Below are positions 38,318 through 48,495 of a DNA stretch of 64,000 nucleotides, in pieces. This stretch comes from Candidatus Bathyarchaeota archaeon. GTDB lineage: Archaea > Thermoproteota > Bathyarchaeia > 40CM-2-53-6. Location of the stretch: positions 128,001 through 192,000 of the forward strand of contig CAVPLU010000003.1 of assembly GCA_963706285.1 (NCBI GenBank), given 5' to 3'. The position numbers and the translations under genes are program-made. The notes under the pieces were generated by a model. That model worked only from the letters and a program-made list of their open reading frames with translations. It was not told the DNA's origin and did not search any database. Position 1 is the first letter of the stretch. Every line of letters begins with the position of its first letter.

Positions 38318-39256
38318 CTAGACGGCTTGGGGTGTAGCATGTTGTTCTAGGAGGAGTGTCGGGTGGATCTTTTCGGCGTAAGCGAGAAGATCCTTGTACA
38401 TGTCGACGAAGTCAAATGAGAACGGGCAGACTCCCACGCATAGCCCGCATAGTGTGCATGCGGTCGTCTGTTCAGCGATCGACTTAATCTCACTCGCCGG
38501 GAGCGACTTCTTGGAAAGCATCATGAGGTATCTTCTCAACTTCACTACTGGAGCTTCACTCTCAGCTTCGTCTGTTGCTTCATGAAGCGGACAGACTTCA
38601 ATGCATCTTCCACAACGTCCACACGCGTCACTGAATCTCAGGAATACTGCCTGCCTCTTCTCAGCGCTCGTCAACCGCCATACCACTGTAGCCAACGCGT
38701 GCCTTACAGCTCCGCCAAGAAACAGGGACGCAACGACCCAAACATACACGCTTGTCAGCTGGATAGCGGCAACCCACTTGAACGGATACGCGGTGAAGCT
38801 TTCAACTGCTACCACACCAAACACAGCGAACGCCTGCAATGTACCACTGACCGCGATGATTACCATGAAAGCTAAGTCCAGGTAGAACACTTTTCCATAG
38901 GCGAACCTGAAGTATCGGTTTGTCAAGTATCTTACAACAAATCCGATTCCGCCGATAACCAAAAAGACGCCGGTAATCCCATGCGCCCATACTATCAGCC
39001 AACCATAACTATTGAAGACGCTCGCTAGAGCCGGTAGAAAGTTAGATGTCTCTTCAATTGCTCCTGTAATGATGGTTCCGTAGAGTCCGATATGAAATAG
39101 GAAATCAGCCATACCTACAATGAGGGACCTTCTGAAGAGCAGATCTAACAGACCTGGCTTCTCGAGACTAAACGAGGAGAGCCTGTACTTTCCTGCCTGA
39201 GATGCCGACGACTCTCTACTCTTCATGGAGTCCCCTTCGGCTGACCTCTTAACCAC
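38318..39256 (-). CDS. cytochrome b-like membrane domain fused to a 2x[4Fe-4S] (HdrC-like) domain
   Basis: About four TM helices with His (LFH, WAH, RH); CGRCGRCIEVCP and CTLCGLCVGVCP. Confidence 0.75.
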   Translation of the reverse strand: MVKRSAEGDSMKSRESSASQAGKYRLSSFSLEKPGLLDLLFRRSLIVGMADFLFHIGLYGTIITGAIEETSNFLPALASVFNSYGWLIVWAHGITGVFLVIGGIGFVVRYLTNRYFRFAYGKVFYLDLAFMVIIAVSGTLQAFAVFGVVAVESFTAYPFKWVAAIQLTSVYVWVVASLFLGGAVRHALATVVWRLTSAEKRQAVFLRFSDACGRCGRCIEVCPLHEATDEAESEAPVVKLRRYLMMLSKKSLPASEIKSIAEQTTACTLCGLCVGVCPFSFDFVDMYKDLLAYAEKIHPTLLLEQHATPQAV

Positions 39257-39969
39257 TTAGCAACGTAGAGTGTTGTTCCGAGCACCATCGGAATCCACGC
39301 TAATCTAGAATACTTCATGAGGTCGGTGACCCACCTCGAATCGGCAGGATATTCATTCTTAACAACGGTCACGTCGGGGCTGTTCGCGATCTTCTCAAAC
39401 GTATCCCGCGTGACGACGTATAGTGTGCTAGTTTCTCCCGAATAGAGTAGGACACCGTTCTTCTGCTCAGCGATTTTGGCTCCCTCCTCCAGTTTAGTAT
39501 CATACAGGCCGAAGGATCTTGTGTTTGTAGGGCAGACATCGACGCAGTACGGATTCAGGCCCTTCTCTATTCGCTTGTAGCACATGTCACATTTGTAGAT
39601 CCTTTTCTCTATTGGATTGTAGGTTATGGATTGGAATGGGCATTGGCTTACGCAGAGGAGGCATCCGATACATTTGTCCCTATCATACGTTACAGGGCCA
39701 TAGTCAAGCTGAGTTATGGCATGAGTAATGCAAGCCTTGGCGCAGGGAGCATCAACACAGTGCAAACAGAGTTGAGGGACAGGGATTGAATCGCCGACCC
39801 AGGACACCTTAGTATAGGTAGTTCCCACAGCGGACCAACCGAAGGATTCCTTATGGTACGTTTCACACCCAGCGATGCATTTCATGCAACCGATGCAGTT
39901 TGAAACGTCAACAAGGATAGCGTACTTTGGTTTCTGCGCTGACGCAGGTGAAATACTCAGTTGTTCCAA
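39223..39969 (-). CDS. four-cluster ferredoxin (HybA/FdnH/DmsB-like) with C-terminal membrane anchor
   Basis: CIGCMKCIAGC, CLHCVDAPCAKAC, CIGCLLCVSQCP, KCDMC...CVDVCP. Confidence 0.9.
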   Translation of the reverse strand: MEQLSISPASAQKPKYAILVDVSNCIGCMKCIAGCETYHKESFGWSAVGTTYTKVSWVGDSIPVPQLCLHCVDAPCAKACITHAITQLDYGPVTYDRDKCIGCLLCVSQCPFQSITYNPIEKRIYKCDMCYKRIEKGLNPYCVDVCPTNTRSFGLYDTKLEEGAKIAEQKNGVLLYSGETSTLYVVTRDTFEKIANSPDVTVVKNEYPADSRWVTDLMKYSRLAWIPMVLGTTLYVAKWLRGQPKGTP

Positions 39970-40065
39970 TGAGGAATAACCCTGCTCCCGTGGCCGCGGA
40001 ATACTGCAGAAAACGCCTTCTCGTAAAGGAGCGTAACCCTGACTGATGTTTCTCGGACGTCTTGT

Positions 40066-41613
40066 TCACTTCCTCTCTTTCGAAGCAAGATCGTACAATA
40101 TCGTTTCAAGTGCAGTGCGAATAGTTTCCGGCGGTGGAGCGCATCCTGGAATAGTGAGATCCACCGTCACATAATCACTCAGAGGCCTTATCTCATCCTT
40201 CACCTCCGGGATCTCTTCCAGCGCTACGGGTTTGCGCGATTTGCGTGTGATGCTCTCAACGAGGCGTCGGTCGCCCGTGGGCAATACGCCGAAGACTGGA
40301 CATGCGCCAAAGGCTACAAGATACCTTGCTTTCTCTCTCGCCTCTTTTACAGCTCTAACGTCTTCCTCTGTTCTGATCGACCCTACGACCAGTGCCACGT
40401 CGACAGGCTCGTATGCTTTCGCGCTCGTCACACTCAGCGCGAGGTCAACCTTGTGAGATAGAATATTGAGAACATCCTCTCTGAAGTTTGCTATCGTGCT
40501 CTCGCAAACGCCGCAAAGAGCACACTTGACAACGGCTACATTCAGCTTTCCAGTTCTTCCTATCAGAAGCCGTCTTCGTCTGTCGTCATAGGATTTGGCA
40601 AATTGAACAGACCCCAGAAAGGCGACCGCGATGGTAATCCATGGAACCCACTGCTTTGCCAGAACGTCGAAAGGAATCTCTTGTGTCGGTGGCGAAGGAA
40701 ACGCCAATGTTACAGAGACGGCGAATAGGGCATCATCAGCATCTGATCCATCCTGCACATGTCCAGCATGTATCAACAAGCCAAGCGTACTGTTAGGCAT
40801 CTCGAATTCTCCACTCAGAAGGATCGTTCCGTTTTTGGGGACTGCCTCTTCAGAATACACTTTGGAAAAGACTTGCTCCCCCGTGGCGCGGTCTGTTACA
40901 TACACGTAGAGTCTATGGGATTCCGAGCCTGTATTCCGCAAGGTTACCTTCATCCCAACTGACCCTCCCGTCTTCGCTACCGAAGGAGAGTCCACGCTGA
41001 CTATCGATGCAGAACCACTCAAAACAGAACCGGAAGCGGACTTCACCCTAACGAGTGTCGATAAAATGTTACCGTCAGCGGCTAATGATATGACATACGT
41101 TCCAGGCTTGTCAGGAACCACCACTTTGAAGAGAGCGGTTACGACCCCAGGCCGAGAATCTTGATCCTGCGGAGAATCATCCTCGACCTTTTGAGGGTCG
41201 AATTTGAATTGCACGTTGTCGGTCATGTCGGGCATCCATGCTATCACAGATGGAAGAATCCCCACAATTTGCTGTGGAGGCCGCTGGATCTCAATTAGAA
41301 ATGAGAAAGATTTTCCACCGTCTGCATCAACAAGGAAAACGTTGTCTTCGCTGTCCCACTCAGTACCGTTAAGCCAGATGCCATCGCCAGTATTGTGACA
41401 ATCACATCCAGTCCCAATCATATAGCCCCAGGAAGGGTGAAGGAAAGGAGTTGCAGGTGAGACAAAGTTGCCAATGATGATCGCTGCAATAGCCAACGCG
41501 ATCAGTCCAGTCATTGGTCTGGAAAAATGGGTCATCGAGGTGTTTCCTGCGCCATAGCCCGACCATGCAGTTGAAGTGCAACTATTATTTGCTGCGGTCA
41601 CGAGAAAAGGCAC
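40066..41613 (-). CDS. fusion protein: signal peptide, CxCH/Ig-like extracellular domains, TM helix, hydrogenase small subunit-like (HoxY/MvhG/NuoB fold) domain; start may be ATG ~41513
   Basis: GCDCH after a hydrophobic leader; VTLRNTG CARDB-like segment; TM WVPWITIAVAFLG; CALCGVC, DVALVVGSI, LVAFGAC, IPGCAP. Confidence 0.75.
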   Translation of the reverse strand: MPFLVTAANNSCTSTAWSGYGAGNTSMTHFSRPMTGLIALAIAAIIIGNFVSPATPFLHPSWGYMIGTGCDCHNTGDGIWLNGTEWDSEDNVFLVDADGGKSFSFLIEIQRPPQQIVGILPSVIAWMPDMTDNVQFKFDPQKVEDDSPQDQDSRPGVVTALFKVVVPDKPGTYVISLAADGNILSTLVRVKSASGSVLSGSASIVSVDSPSVAKTGGSVGMKVTLRNTGSESHRLYVYVTDRATGEQVFSKVYSEEAVPKNGTILLSGEFEMPNSTLGLLIHAGHVQDGSDADDALFAVSVTLAFPSPPTQEIPFDVLAKQWVPWITIAVAFLGSVQFAKSYDDRRRRLLIGRTGKLNVAVVKCALCGVCESTIANFREDVLNILSHKVDLALSVTSAKAYEPVDVALVVGSIRTEEDVRAVKEAREKARYLVAFGACPVFGVLPTGDRRLVESITRKSRKPVALEEIPEVKDEIRPLSDYVTVDLTIPGCAPPPETIRTALETILYDLASKERK

Positions 41614-41734
41614 GTCAAGATCAAGCTAGACGACGGCTCCTACGCTCGGCCTCAGTTGTCCCGTAATGATAATAGGCTTTTGCTCGGCCCTCTCAAAGCT
41701 CTGCGACAAGTTCGATTGGATGGATGCTTGATAA

Positions 41735-42583
41735 TTGGCAGACGAACTCACTTTCGATTTTTTTGAAGCGCCTTCGCCTAGTGCGCTAAAGAGAGGTCAC
41801 GCGGACAGTGACGATCCGCGACGTGAAATGCTCCAATCCTCCTCATGGGACAAAATGCTGTTCAACTCTATGTCTTATATGACGACAAAGGAGTATGCTC
41901 CTACTGAGGTGTGTGCGTTGTTTTGTTCTTCTTGCGGTCAGCCAATTCCGGAAGGTTCCAGTTTCTGCACCAATTGTGGAGCTAGGATTGGTGCTACTCA
42001 GACGCCGGTCCCTGCCCCTGTAGCAGTCCAGCCGACTGCTGTCGGTTCTCCATTTGCGGGCAGAGAATTCATTATTGAGCAGAAGATTGTGGCGATGCGT
42101 GACACGTTCGGAATCAAAGACAGGAATGGTAACTTGCTTGCCTATGTGAAACGGAAGATAGCAAGTATAGGCCCACAGTTCTGGTTCGAATCACCTGACG
42201 GTACACGCCTTGGCGAAGTGAAAGGCAAAGTCGTCACAGTGCGACCAACCTTCGAAATCTACGATACTCAAAACCAGTTGCTGGCTGTAGTGAAGAAGAA
42301 AGTGATGAAGCTCATGGGTTCTGAGTGGTGGCTGGAAAACTCGTCCGGGCAGGAAATCGGGAGAATCAAAGGAAACATAACTGCACATGATTTCGCAATC
42401 CAATCACCCACAGGCGCACCGATCGCTCAGATCACCAAGAAATGGGTCACCGTACGCGACTCCTATGGAGTTGAGATACTAGGCTCAGAGCTCGATCCAT
42501 ACGTGATCTTAGCTTACGCTATCGCTATGGATCACGTTGAGTACAAGCAATCGTCAGGAGTCAAGATTGGCTTCGGCGTCTAG
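41735..42583 (+). CDS. zinc-ribbon plus LURP-one/scramblase domain protein (start probably TTG ~41918)
   Basis: FCSSCG...FCTNCG; EQK....DTF.I.D, HDF.I, KKWVTVRDSYGVEI. Confidence 0.85.
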   Translation: MADELTFDFFEAPSPSALKRGHADSDDPRREMLQSSSWDKMLFNSMSYMTTKEYAPTEVCALFCSSCGQPIPEGSSFCTNCGARIGATQTPVPAPVAVQPTAVGSPFAGREFIIEQKIVAMRDTFGIKDRNGNLLAYVKRKIASIGPQFWFESPDGTRLGEVKGKVVTVRPTFEIYDTQNQLLAVVKKKVMKLMGSEWWLENSSGQEIGRIKGNITAHDFAIQSPTGAPIAQITKKWVTVRDSYGVEILGSELDPYVILAYAIAMDHVEYKQSSGVKIGFGV

Positions 42584-42669
42584 CCACTCTCTGCAAGCAC
42601 ATGCACCCTTATGCGGCAAATGCCTCCGCGAAGCAAGATCGTCGGCAGTCTCTTCTTGTTCGACATGTC

Positions 42670-43527
42670 TCAGAGCCCAGCGATGAGTCTGATCTTCTGG
42701 AAGGACTGATCATCGGGATTATGCTTGTAGTCCCGCAGTGCACGGACGAGCGACGCCTTTCTTCGCCATCGTAGAATGGTTCGTAGGCGTCTCGCGGGCC
42801 CGCCTCCAATCAGCAGATATTGAGAAATCGAGGTCACATTCGAAGGTCGCCGCTTGTCGCTTGCACTCTCGAAGTCAACAATTCGTGGAATATCGCCCGA
42901 TTCCACGAGAACGTTCTTTGGAGCTTCACTAAGCTCACCGTGATCCAGAGAAATCCTATCCAGGCGGTAACAGTCATCTAGGAGCCCGCCGATTACTCGG
43001 CGAACTCTTCTCTTGCATCCAGTCTTCGGCAGGAGAGCAACCCATCGGTTGAGAGGAAGCCCATCGATGAGCTCCATTACGAGGAAATTGTCGCTCTGGG
43101 CGAGAAGTCTTGGGCCCACGTTCACAGAATTTGCAAGGCGAAGCATGTCTGCCTCATGACTCATATCTCGCCGGTCGGCGTCTACTCGTCTGATCTTTAA
43201 GGCGGCGGTCTGGCCACGTATCAGGGCTTTTGTGACAATGCCCACACATCCCTTTCCCAGCACTCTAGCTCGCCCAATCTGGTGCGTTCCTGAAAGTTCG
43301 ATAGCGTCGACTCCGATGGAAGCCAACTCCTGCAATCTCGTCTCAACTAGGCGTGCCTCTGGCTTCGGGTAACAGAGAACAGCGGCCAAGTCGCTTGACT
43401 GAATCGGTTTCTGGGATAGAGGTATGGATTCACTCAAGCCACGCAGGCCTTCCCTTGAGGAATTTCGTGAGGAATTGAGCCGCATCATGATTCTTTCTGT
43501 AGAAGTCGATAATGGCGGGGCCTGCAA
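42670..43527 (-). CDS. atypical Ser/Thr protein kinase (RIO/Bud32-like); start probably near 43440
   Basis: LGKGCVGIV, ALKIRR.D, NSVNVGP, HGELS...KN, IVDFESAS. Confidence 0.85.
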   Translation of the reverse strand: MQAPPLSTSTERIMMRLNSSRNSSREGLRGLSESIPLSQKPIQSSDLAAVLCYPKPEARLVETRLQELASIGVDAIELSGTHQIGRARVLGKGCVGIVTKALIRGQTAALKIRRVDADRRDMSHEADMLRLANSVNVGPRLLAQSDNFLVMELIDGLPLNRWVALLPKTGCKRRVRRVIGGLLDDCYRLDRISLDHGELSEAPKNVLVESGDIPRIVDFESASDKRRPSNVTSISQYLLIGGGPARRLRTILRWRRKASLVRALRDYKHNPDDQSFQKIRLIAGL

Positions 43528-44863
43528 GAACGTGATGTCTTCGCTTCAGGACAGGAGCGATCTTGCTTGCTACCCCCACGTTTCTGCCGCCGTCGCGGAT
43601 TTCAGATTGTAGGAGTTCGACGGCGTTTGTGTTCTCGCGGAGTTGATCTACTGCCCATCTATCATCGTCAACCCATGGACCGGAAATCGTTCGCTTGTCG
43701 TTCAGGTGCTTGTGGAGAAAAAGTTGAGACGCTTGAGATCTGGTAACATGTGGGCCGAAGTGCTTTCTCATTGGGGGTAAGGTGAGGCTTTCCAGTTCGA
43801 ACAGGATGACATTGAGATCTTTCTCATTACTCCAAGATGCCGAACGGGTGACATTGAAACCCTCTTGTCTGAGGAGGTTTCGCAGTGCTCTCTCAGTTCT
43901 GTACAATTGACTCCAGAGAACATCAACTACCGCGTCCACTCGGCCCAGCTCTATGGCTAGAAGGTTCCAGTCGCGCTGCTGCATTTTGTGGCGAAACCTT
44001 GTCACACTTAGGGGTGAGATCTTTCGATCGGTAAAGAATGTCCTACTGGGTTTGGTGCAGAAAGCACGGGAGGCCGCAACGAACTCCCAAAGTCGCCGAC
44101 CGGATATGGATGCAGCTAGGTTTCTGCCGCGGTCCACGGGATCGACTACTGCTAGCGGCGCGTTGAAGAGGTCGACCATTTCTCCCTCTCTGCCTTCATA
44201 GTAACGTTCCAGGTCGATTGTGATTGGGGCTTTCCATGATTGTGCCTGCTCAAGTGTTCTCACGAATGAGCCATAGTACATGATCAGGGTCTCGCAGAGC
44301 ATGCCGCTGAAGCCTGATACTTTCACGTCGGCGCCGTAGACTCCGATTCTCTTCAAGAACGCCTTGAGGAGCCTAACCTGGTTTCTCTGATTCGAGTCAA
44401 GATGTGAGATGACGTATTCTGTGTGGTAGGGCGTGCGGTCTGTCGCGCTTCGCCACTCGCCCCGCGCCACATTGTAACATGGCACAACGTTAACACGCAC
44501 ATTTTCGACGTGAGTCTCAAGATAGGGGTGTTCAGCATATCGTTCTATGATCGTGTATCCTTCTAGGGCTCGTCGAGCAATACCAAGGCAACGTTTCTCA
44601 AGATCAGCCCTGCTCAGCGAGGCGGGAACGCGCAGAAAGATGTCGATGTCAGCGTCTCCTTTCAGCCATGTGTCCTTTGCAACGGATCCATCAATTCTAA
44701 CCTCTGCCTCGAGTCTATTCTTCTCGGCCTCGATGACGAGTTTGGTTCTCAGTTTCTCCGCTATGTCATTCACAGTTTTCCTTTCGGTGTCTGACGGGAC
44801 TATCAGACGTGTGACGGAATCGCAGACGCCAACGGCTTTCTCCAATCTCTCACAACTTGTCAA
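43430..44863 (-). CDS. cca: archaeal class I CCA-adding enzyme
   Basis: GSVAKDTWL..DADIDIF, YAEHPY, SATDRTPYH, GFSG.LCE, DPVD..RN. Confidence 0.95.
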   Translation of the reverse strand: MTSCERLEKAVGVCDSVTRLIVPSDTERKTVNDIAEKLRTKLVIEAEKNRLEAEVRIDGSVAKDTWLKGDADIDIFLRVPASLSRADLEKRCLGIARRALEGYTIIERYAEHPYLETHVENVRVNVVPCYNVARGEWRSATDRTPYHTEYVISHLDSNQRNQVRLLKAFLKRIGVYGADVKVSGFSGMLCETLIMYYGSFVRTLEQAQSWKAPITIDLERYYEGREGEMVDLFNAPLAVVDPVDRGRNLAASISGRRLWEFVAASRAFCTKPSRTFFTDRKISPLSVTRFRHKMQQRDWNLLAIELGRVDAVVDVLWSQLYRTERALRNLLRQEGFNVTRSASWSNEKDLNVILFELESLTLPPMRKHFGPHVTRSQASQLFLHKHLNDKRTISGPWVDDDRWAVDQLRENTNAVELLQSEIRDGGRNVGVASKIAPVLKRRHHVLAGPAIIDFYRKNHDAAQFLTKFLKGRPAWLE

Positions 44864-44869
44864 GTGTGG

Positions 44870-45442
44870 CTATCCGCTGGCTCGCACTGCATGGATCGTG
44901 GAATACAGCGGGCCCTTGGGTGTCAGTATGCTTCTCTTCAGGCGTACTTCCTCGACATGTACGACTCCGAATGGTGTATCACGCATCTCATCCACCAGTT
45001 TCGCCAGCTCATCTTTCATCCGTCCCGTCTTCACTCGAGCGATCGTTACGTGGGGACTGAACCCCCTATTGTCTGGCTCGAATCCGATTTTCCTGAAACG
45101 TGGTTCGATCTGTTGGAAGATATGCGATATCTCCTCACTGCCTTTTCGCATGCCAACCCACACAACGTTGATTCTCCTCAGATTCGGAAATGCTCCCAGC
45201 CCAACGAATTCCATGTCGAAGGCGCTAAACTTGACCTCATTCATCTGCTCCTTCACAAGTTCAATAGTGGCCGCTGGGACTTCACCCAGGAACCTGACAG
45301 TTGCATGAATGTTCTCAGTTTCTACAAGCTTCAGATCTGCGCCTAGATCCCTTAATGCCCGCTGCGCTTCGATAAGCTTGGAAACGACGCTCGCCTCATC
45401 CATATCCACTGCAACGAAGGCTCGTATCCGTTCGCCGGCCAA
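44870..45442 (-). CDS. thpR: RNA 2',3'-cyclic phosphodiesterase (2'-5' RNA ligase family)
   Basis: Two HxT motifs (HATVRFLG, PHVTIAR), S.LTP.GP.Y. Confidence 0.93.
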   Translation of the reverse strand: MAGERIRAFVAVDMDEASVVSKLIEAQRALRDLGADLKLVETENIHATVRFLGEVPAATIELVKEQMNEVKFSAFDMEFVGLGAFPNLRRINVVWVGMRKGSEEISHIFQQIEPRFRKIGFEPDNRGFSPHVTIARVKTGRMKDELAKLVDEMRDTPFGVVHVEEVRLKRSILTPKGPLYSTIHAVRASG

Positions 45443-45529
45443 GTTTTCTTACCAAACCCACATATCAGCGCTGCCAATTTAACAATTCAAGTCAGGATAG
45501 ATAGGAAAGAGGAAGGCTCGATCGTATCA

Positions 45530-46084
45530 ATGAAGCGTAAGAAGGTGATCGCGATCGTCGGGATGCCTGGTGCCGGAAAAGGCATCGTTTCAGGGGCGGC
45601 TTCATCACACGGTTATCCAGTGCTAATCTGTGGAGATGTGGTTCGTGAGGAGACGCTGAAGAGAGGTCTGGAACCAACTCCCGAGAACACCGGCAAGGTC
45701 ATGCTCGCAATACGCCAAGAGGAGGGACCATCCGTCGTTGCTGAGAGGCTAATCCCTAAGATACAATCATCAGCGGTCCCCCTAGTGGTCGTGGAAGGGG
45801 TCCGAAGCATGGACGAAGTGAACACGCTACGAAGAAACCACGATCTAGTTATCCTCGCAGTCCATGCATCTCCGAAGACACGATGCAAGCGCCTAATCGC
45901 AAGAGGCAGAAGTGACGACCCAAAGAACTGGGATGAATTCGCGGAAAGAGACTCAAGAGAGCTTGGCGTCGGAATCGGAACCGTTATCGCATTGGCAGAT
46001 GAGATGCTCATCAACGAGACATCCATTGAAGACCTGAACGCAGCCGCGGAGGTTGTTCTGCTAAAGGCGAGTAGGAATGAATGA
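45530..46084 (+). CDS. UPF0200 P-loop kinase (dephospho-CoA kinase-like)
   Basis: GMPGAGK, GDVVREE, EGVRS..EV, RGRSDD. Confidence 0.88.
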   Translation: MKRKKVIAIVGMPGAGKGIVSGAASSHGYPVLICGDVVREETLKRGLEPTPENTGKVMLAIRQEEGPSVVAERLIPKIQSSAVPLVVVEGVRSMDEVNTLRRNHDLVILAVHASPKTRCKRLIARGRSDDPKNWDEFAERDSRELGVGIGTVIALADEMLINETSIEDLNAAAEVVLLKASRNE

Positions 46085-46502
46085 AGTTCTATCACGTGTA
46101 GAGACTCCTCTCAATCCAACGGAGGATCCTGAGAAAGTCCTGCGAGCAGTGCGAAATCTGTTTCCTAATTGTTCGCCATCAATTGTGAGAAGTGATGAAC
46201 GCCACGCCAAGGTGGAAGGGTCAATGTCCCGTTTAGAAGATCTGGATAATCTCAGAACCCTTCTTCGTCAGGAAGTCATCCGGGATGCAGCTCGCAAGAT
46301 TCTACTTAGAAACATCTCAGGCTCCTCTATTGTCGTTCATTTGAATAAGCAGGCTGCTTTCGCTGGTAAAGCGTCATTCTGTGAAAGATATGACGAATCA
46401 CCGCTCGGTCCCGTCACATTGACCATTACGGTTGAGAATCCTGAGCAGGTGATAGATTGGCTCGCACCGAGCTCGCGACGCAGACAAGAAATCGAAGACT
46501 AG
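46077..46502 (+). CDS. UPF0201/DUF54 RNA-binding protein
   Basis: PTEDPEKV..A..N.F, IRDAAR, LNKQAAF.G, PLGP. Confidence 0.88.
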   Translation: MNEVLSRVETPLNPTEDPEKVLRAVRNLFPNCSPSIVRSDERHAKVEGSMSRLEDLDNLRTLLRQEVIRDAARKILLRNISGSSIVVHLNKQAAFAGKASFCERYDESPLGPVTLTITVENPEQVIDWLAPSSRRRQEIED

Positions 46503-46529
46503 CCTGTCGGCACTCGCTTTCGTGAGTGA

Positions 46530-47450
46530 TTAAGATAGTTCTAGCGATCCAAGCTCTTCGGCAACGATCGTCCTTGGGAAGATTGCCTTCGCCTCGGCAA
46601 GAAGTTGCTTCGTATCTTCATAGATCGAACTGATGTGAGTGAGCGCTAGGCTCTTGGAGCGGCTTCTCTTTGCGACCGTCGCTGCTTCGACGGCAGTAGA
46701 ATGACCGTATTCGCGAGCTCGTTCCGACACTTCTGACGAGAACATACCATCATGTACTAGCAGATCCGAGCCGAAGGCGAGTTTGACAATTCTGTCGCAA
46801 GGTCTCGTGTCCACCGCATAAGTGATCTTCAACCCTTTACGAGAAGGGCCGACAACTTTTGCCGGATCAATCTTCTTTCCGCCGACCTTGATTGTCTTTC
46901 CCATCTGAAGCGCCTTCCAGAGTGGGCCTTTTGGTATTTTGAGTTCTCTTGCCTTTGCAGGATGAAACCGGCCGGGTTTATCGTTTTCTATGAGCGAATA
47001 TGCGAGGCATGGAATGCCGTGATCAGCCCACGCCGCTTTGATGGTGTAGGTACGTGTCTTTGCTACTGTTCCTGCGTGAATCTCCACGGTTCGAACCGAG
47101 AACAATGGTCTGAACCTGAGTGTCTCTGCTGTGCATTTCACAAATTCGGAGATGCCAGGAGGTCCATAGATCTCAAGATCTCGACTCCTGCCCATGAACG
47201 ACATTGAGTGAAGAAGACCTGGTATGCCGAGTATGTGGTCAGCGTGCATGTGGGAGATCAGTATCCGCATTTCGCGGTTGAAGCCCAGCTTTGCTATGAG
47301 GAACTGCTTCTGGGTGCCTTCTCCGCAGTCGAACATTACGAGGCCCCCGTCTGTCCGGACCGCAAGGCTAGGGAGGTTTCTCTTCTTGGTCGGCACGCTG
47401 CCCCCTGTACCTAGAAATGTGGCTTTCATGTCGCGGCCTCCATCAATCAT
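46530..47450 (-). CDS. rnz: ribonuclease Z
   Basis: FLGTGG..PT..RN, FDCGEGTQ, SHMHADH, exosite GP motif, LTHISS. Confidence 0.95.
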   Translation of the reverse strand: MIDGGRDMKATFLGTGGSVPTKKRNLPSLAVRTDGGLVMFDCGEGTQKQFLIAKLGFNREMRILISHMHADHILGIPGLLHSMSFMGRSRDLEIYGPPGISEFVKCTAETLRFRPLFSVRTVEIHAGTVAKTRTYTIKAAWADHGIPCLAYSLIENDKPGRFHPAKARELKIPKGPLWKALQMGKTIKVGGKKIDPAKVVGPSRKGLKITYAVDTRPCDRIVKLAFGSDLLVHDGMFSSEVSERAREYGHSTAVEAATVAKRSRSKSLALTHISSIYEDTKQLLAEAKAIFPRTIVAEELGSLELS

Positions 47451-47451
47451 G

Positions 47452-48495
47452 TCATTGCTTTCTCAGCACAAGAATTCGTCTGGTTAGGCTTCGGTGCACA
47501 TATAGCAAGTGAGATTCTACGAATTTGAATCCAACCCTTCTCGCGATTGATTGGATCCGCAGTTCGCTCGGGCAGCATATGCATAGGTAGCCTCGCTTGG
47601 AAAGAAGGTCATACGCAGCCGGGAGGAAGTCTTGGAGAAGGCCGTGGAGTTTTCGCCCGTAAGTCGAAGCCTCTCTTCCGTAAGGCGGATCAGTGACGAT
47701 CGAATCAACGCGACATATCGGGATCTTTGTGGCGTCCGCGACGATGAGGCCGAAAGGCTCGGCACCGTAATGCTTTAGGTTCGTTCTTGCTCCCCTGATC
47801 ATTCGCGGATCTGCGTCCACGCCGACTGCTCTGCAGGAGATTGCGACCGCCTCGAGGAGAATTCCTCCAACTCCACAAAAAGGATCTACGAAGAGCGCTC
47901 CTTCAGGAGGTCTTGCAAGATTCACGATGCATCTGGCCAGCTTGGGTTGCATCGTTGACGGATGGAATACAGGTCTCTTTCTAGGTCTTCTAGACGCTAT
48001 TAGCCCAGGAACTCTTGAGTGAGTGACTTCTCCCAAGAGTAAGCCTCGTGACGAGATCACACAGAGAAACGTCACGTCGGGAGAGTCGAGGTTAACCTTG
48101 ATTCCACCGCCCTTTCCCTTTAGGACTCCGCCGATCTCTCGCTCCAATGTTGCCCTGTTTAGATACCTGTATGCTCGGCCAACGCGGAGCGAACGAACCG
48201 CAAACGATCGCCTCCTGACGAAGTGACGCGTAAGGTCTAGTCTCCGCAGAAGATTCAGGAGCTGTTTCTTGCTTGGACCGGCTGTAGCTATTTCGATGCC
48301 GCATTGCTCATACATCACGCTCCTCCTTGCTACCGCGTCAAGCGCTGAACGATCGGCTTTGACTCTCAGCAGTTTCACTGATGCTGCTTTTTCCTCGAAA
48401 TCGATTCCTCGTGCTTGGAGAATGGCACGTATCTCTGCTTGCGGTAGAGTTCGATGCTCTCCCGAGATGACAAAGAAGAGCCGGTCCTTCACCAA
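47452..48495 (-). CDS. tRNA m2G10 methyltransferase (THUMP + MTase, Trm11/TrmG10)
   Basis: VNLDSPD, RP.FHP..M.PKLAR..VNL, DPFCG.G, TDPPYG, VHRSLTR. Confidence 0.9.
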   Translation of the reverse strand: MVKDRLFFVISGEHRTLPQAEIRAILQARGIDFEEKAASVKLLRVKADRSALDAVARRSVMYEQCGIEIATAGPSKKQLLNLLRRLDLTRHFVRRRSFAVRSLRVGRAYRYLNRATLEREIGGVLKGKGGGIKVNLDSPDVTFLCVISSRGLLLGEVTHSRVPGLIASRRPRKRPVFHPSTMQPKLARCIVNLARPPEGALFVDPFCGVGGILLEAVAISCRAVGVDADPRMIRGARTNLKHYGAEPFGLIVADATKIPICRVDSIVTDPPYGREASTYGRKLHGLLQDFLPAAYDLLSKRGYLCICCPSELRIQSIARRVGFKFVESHLLYVHRSLTRRILVLRKQ

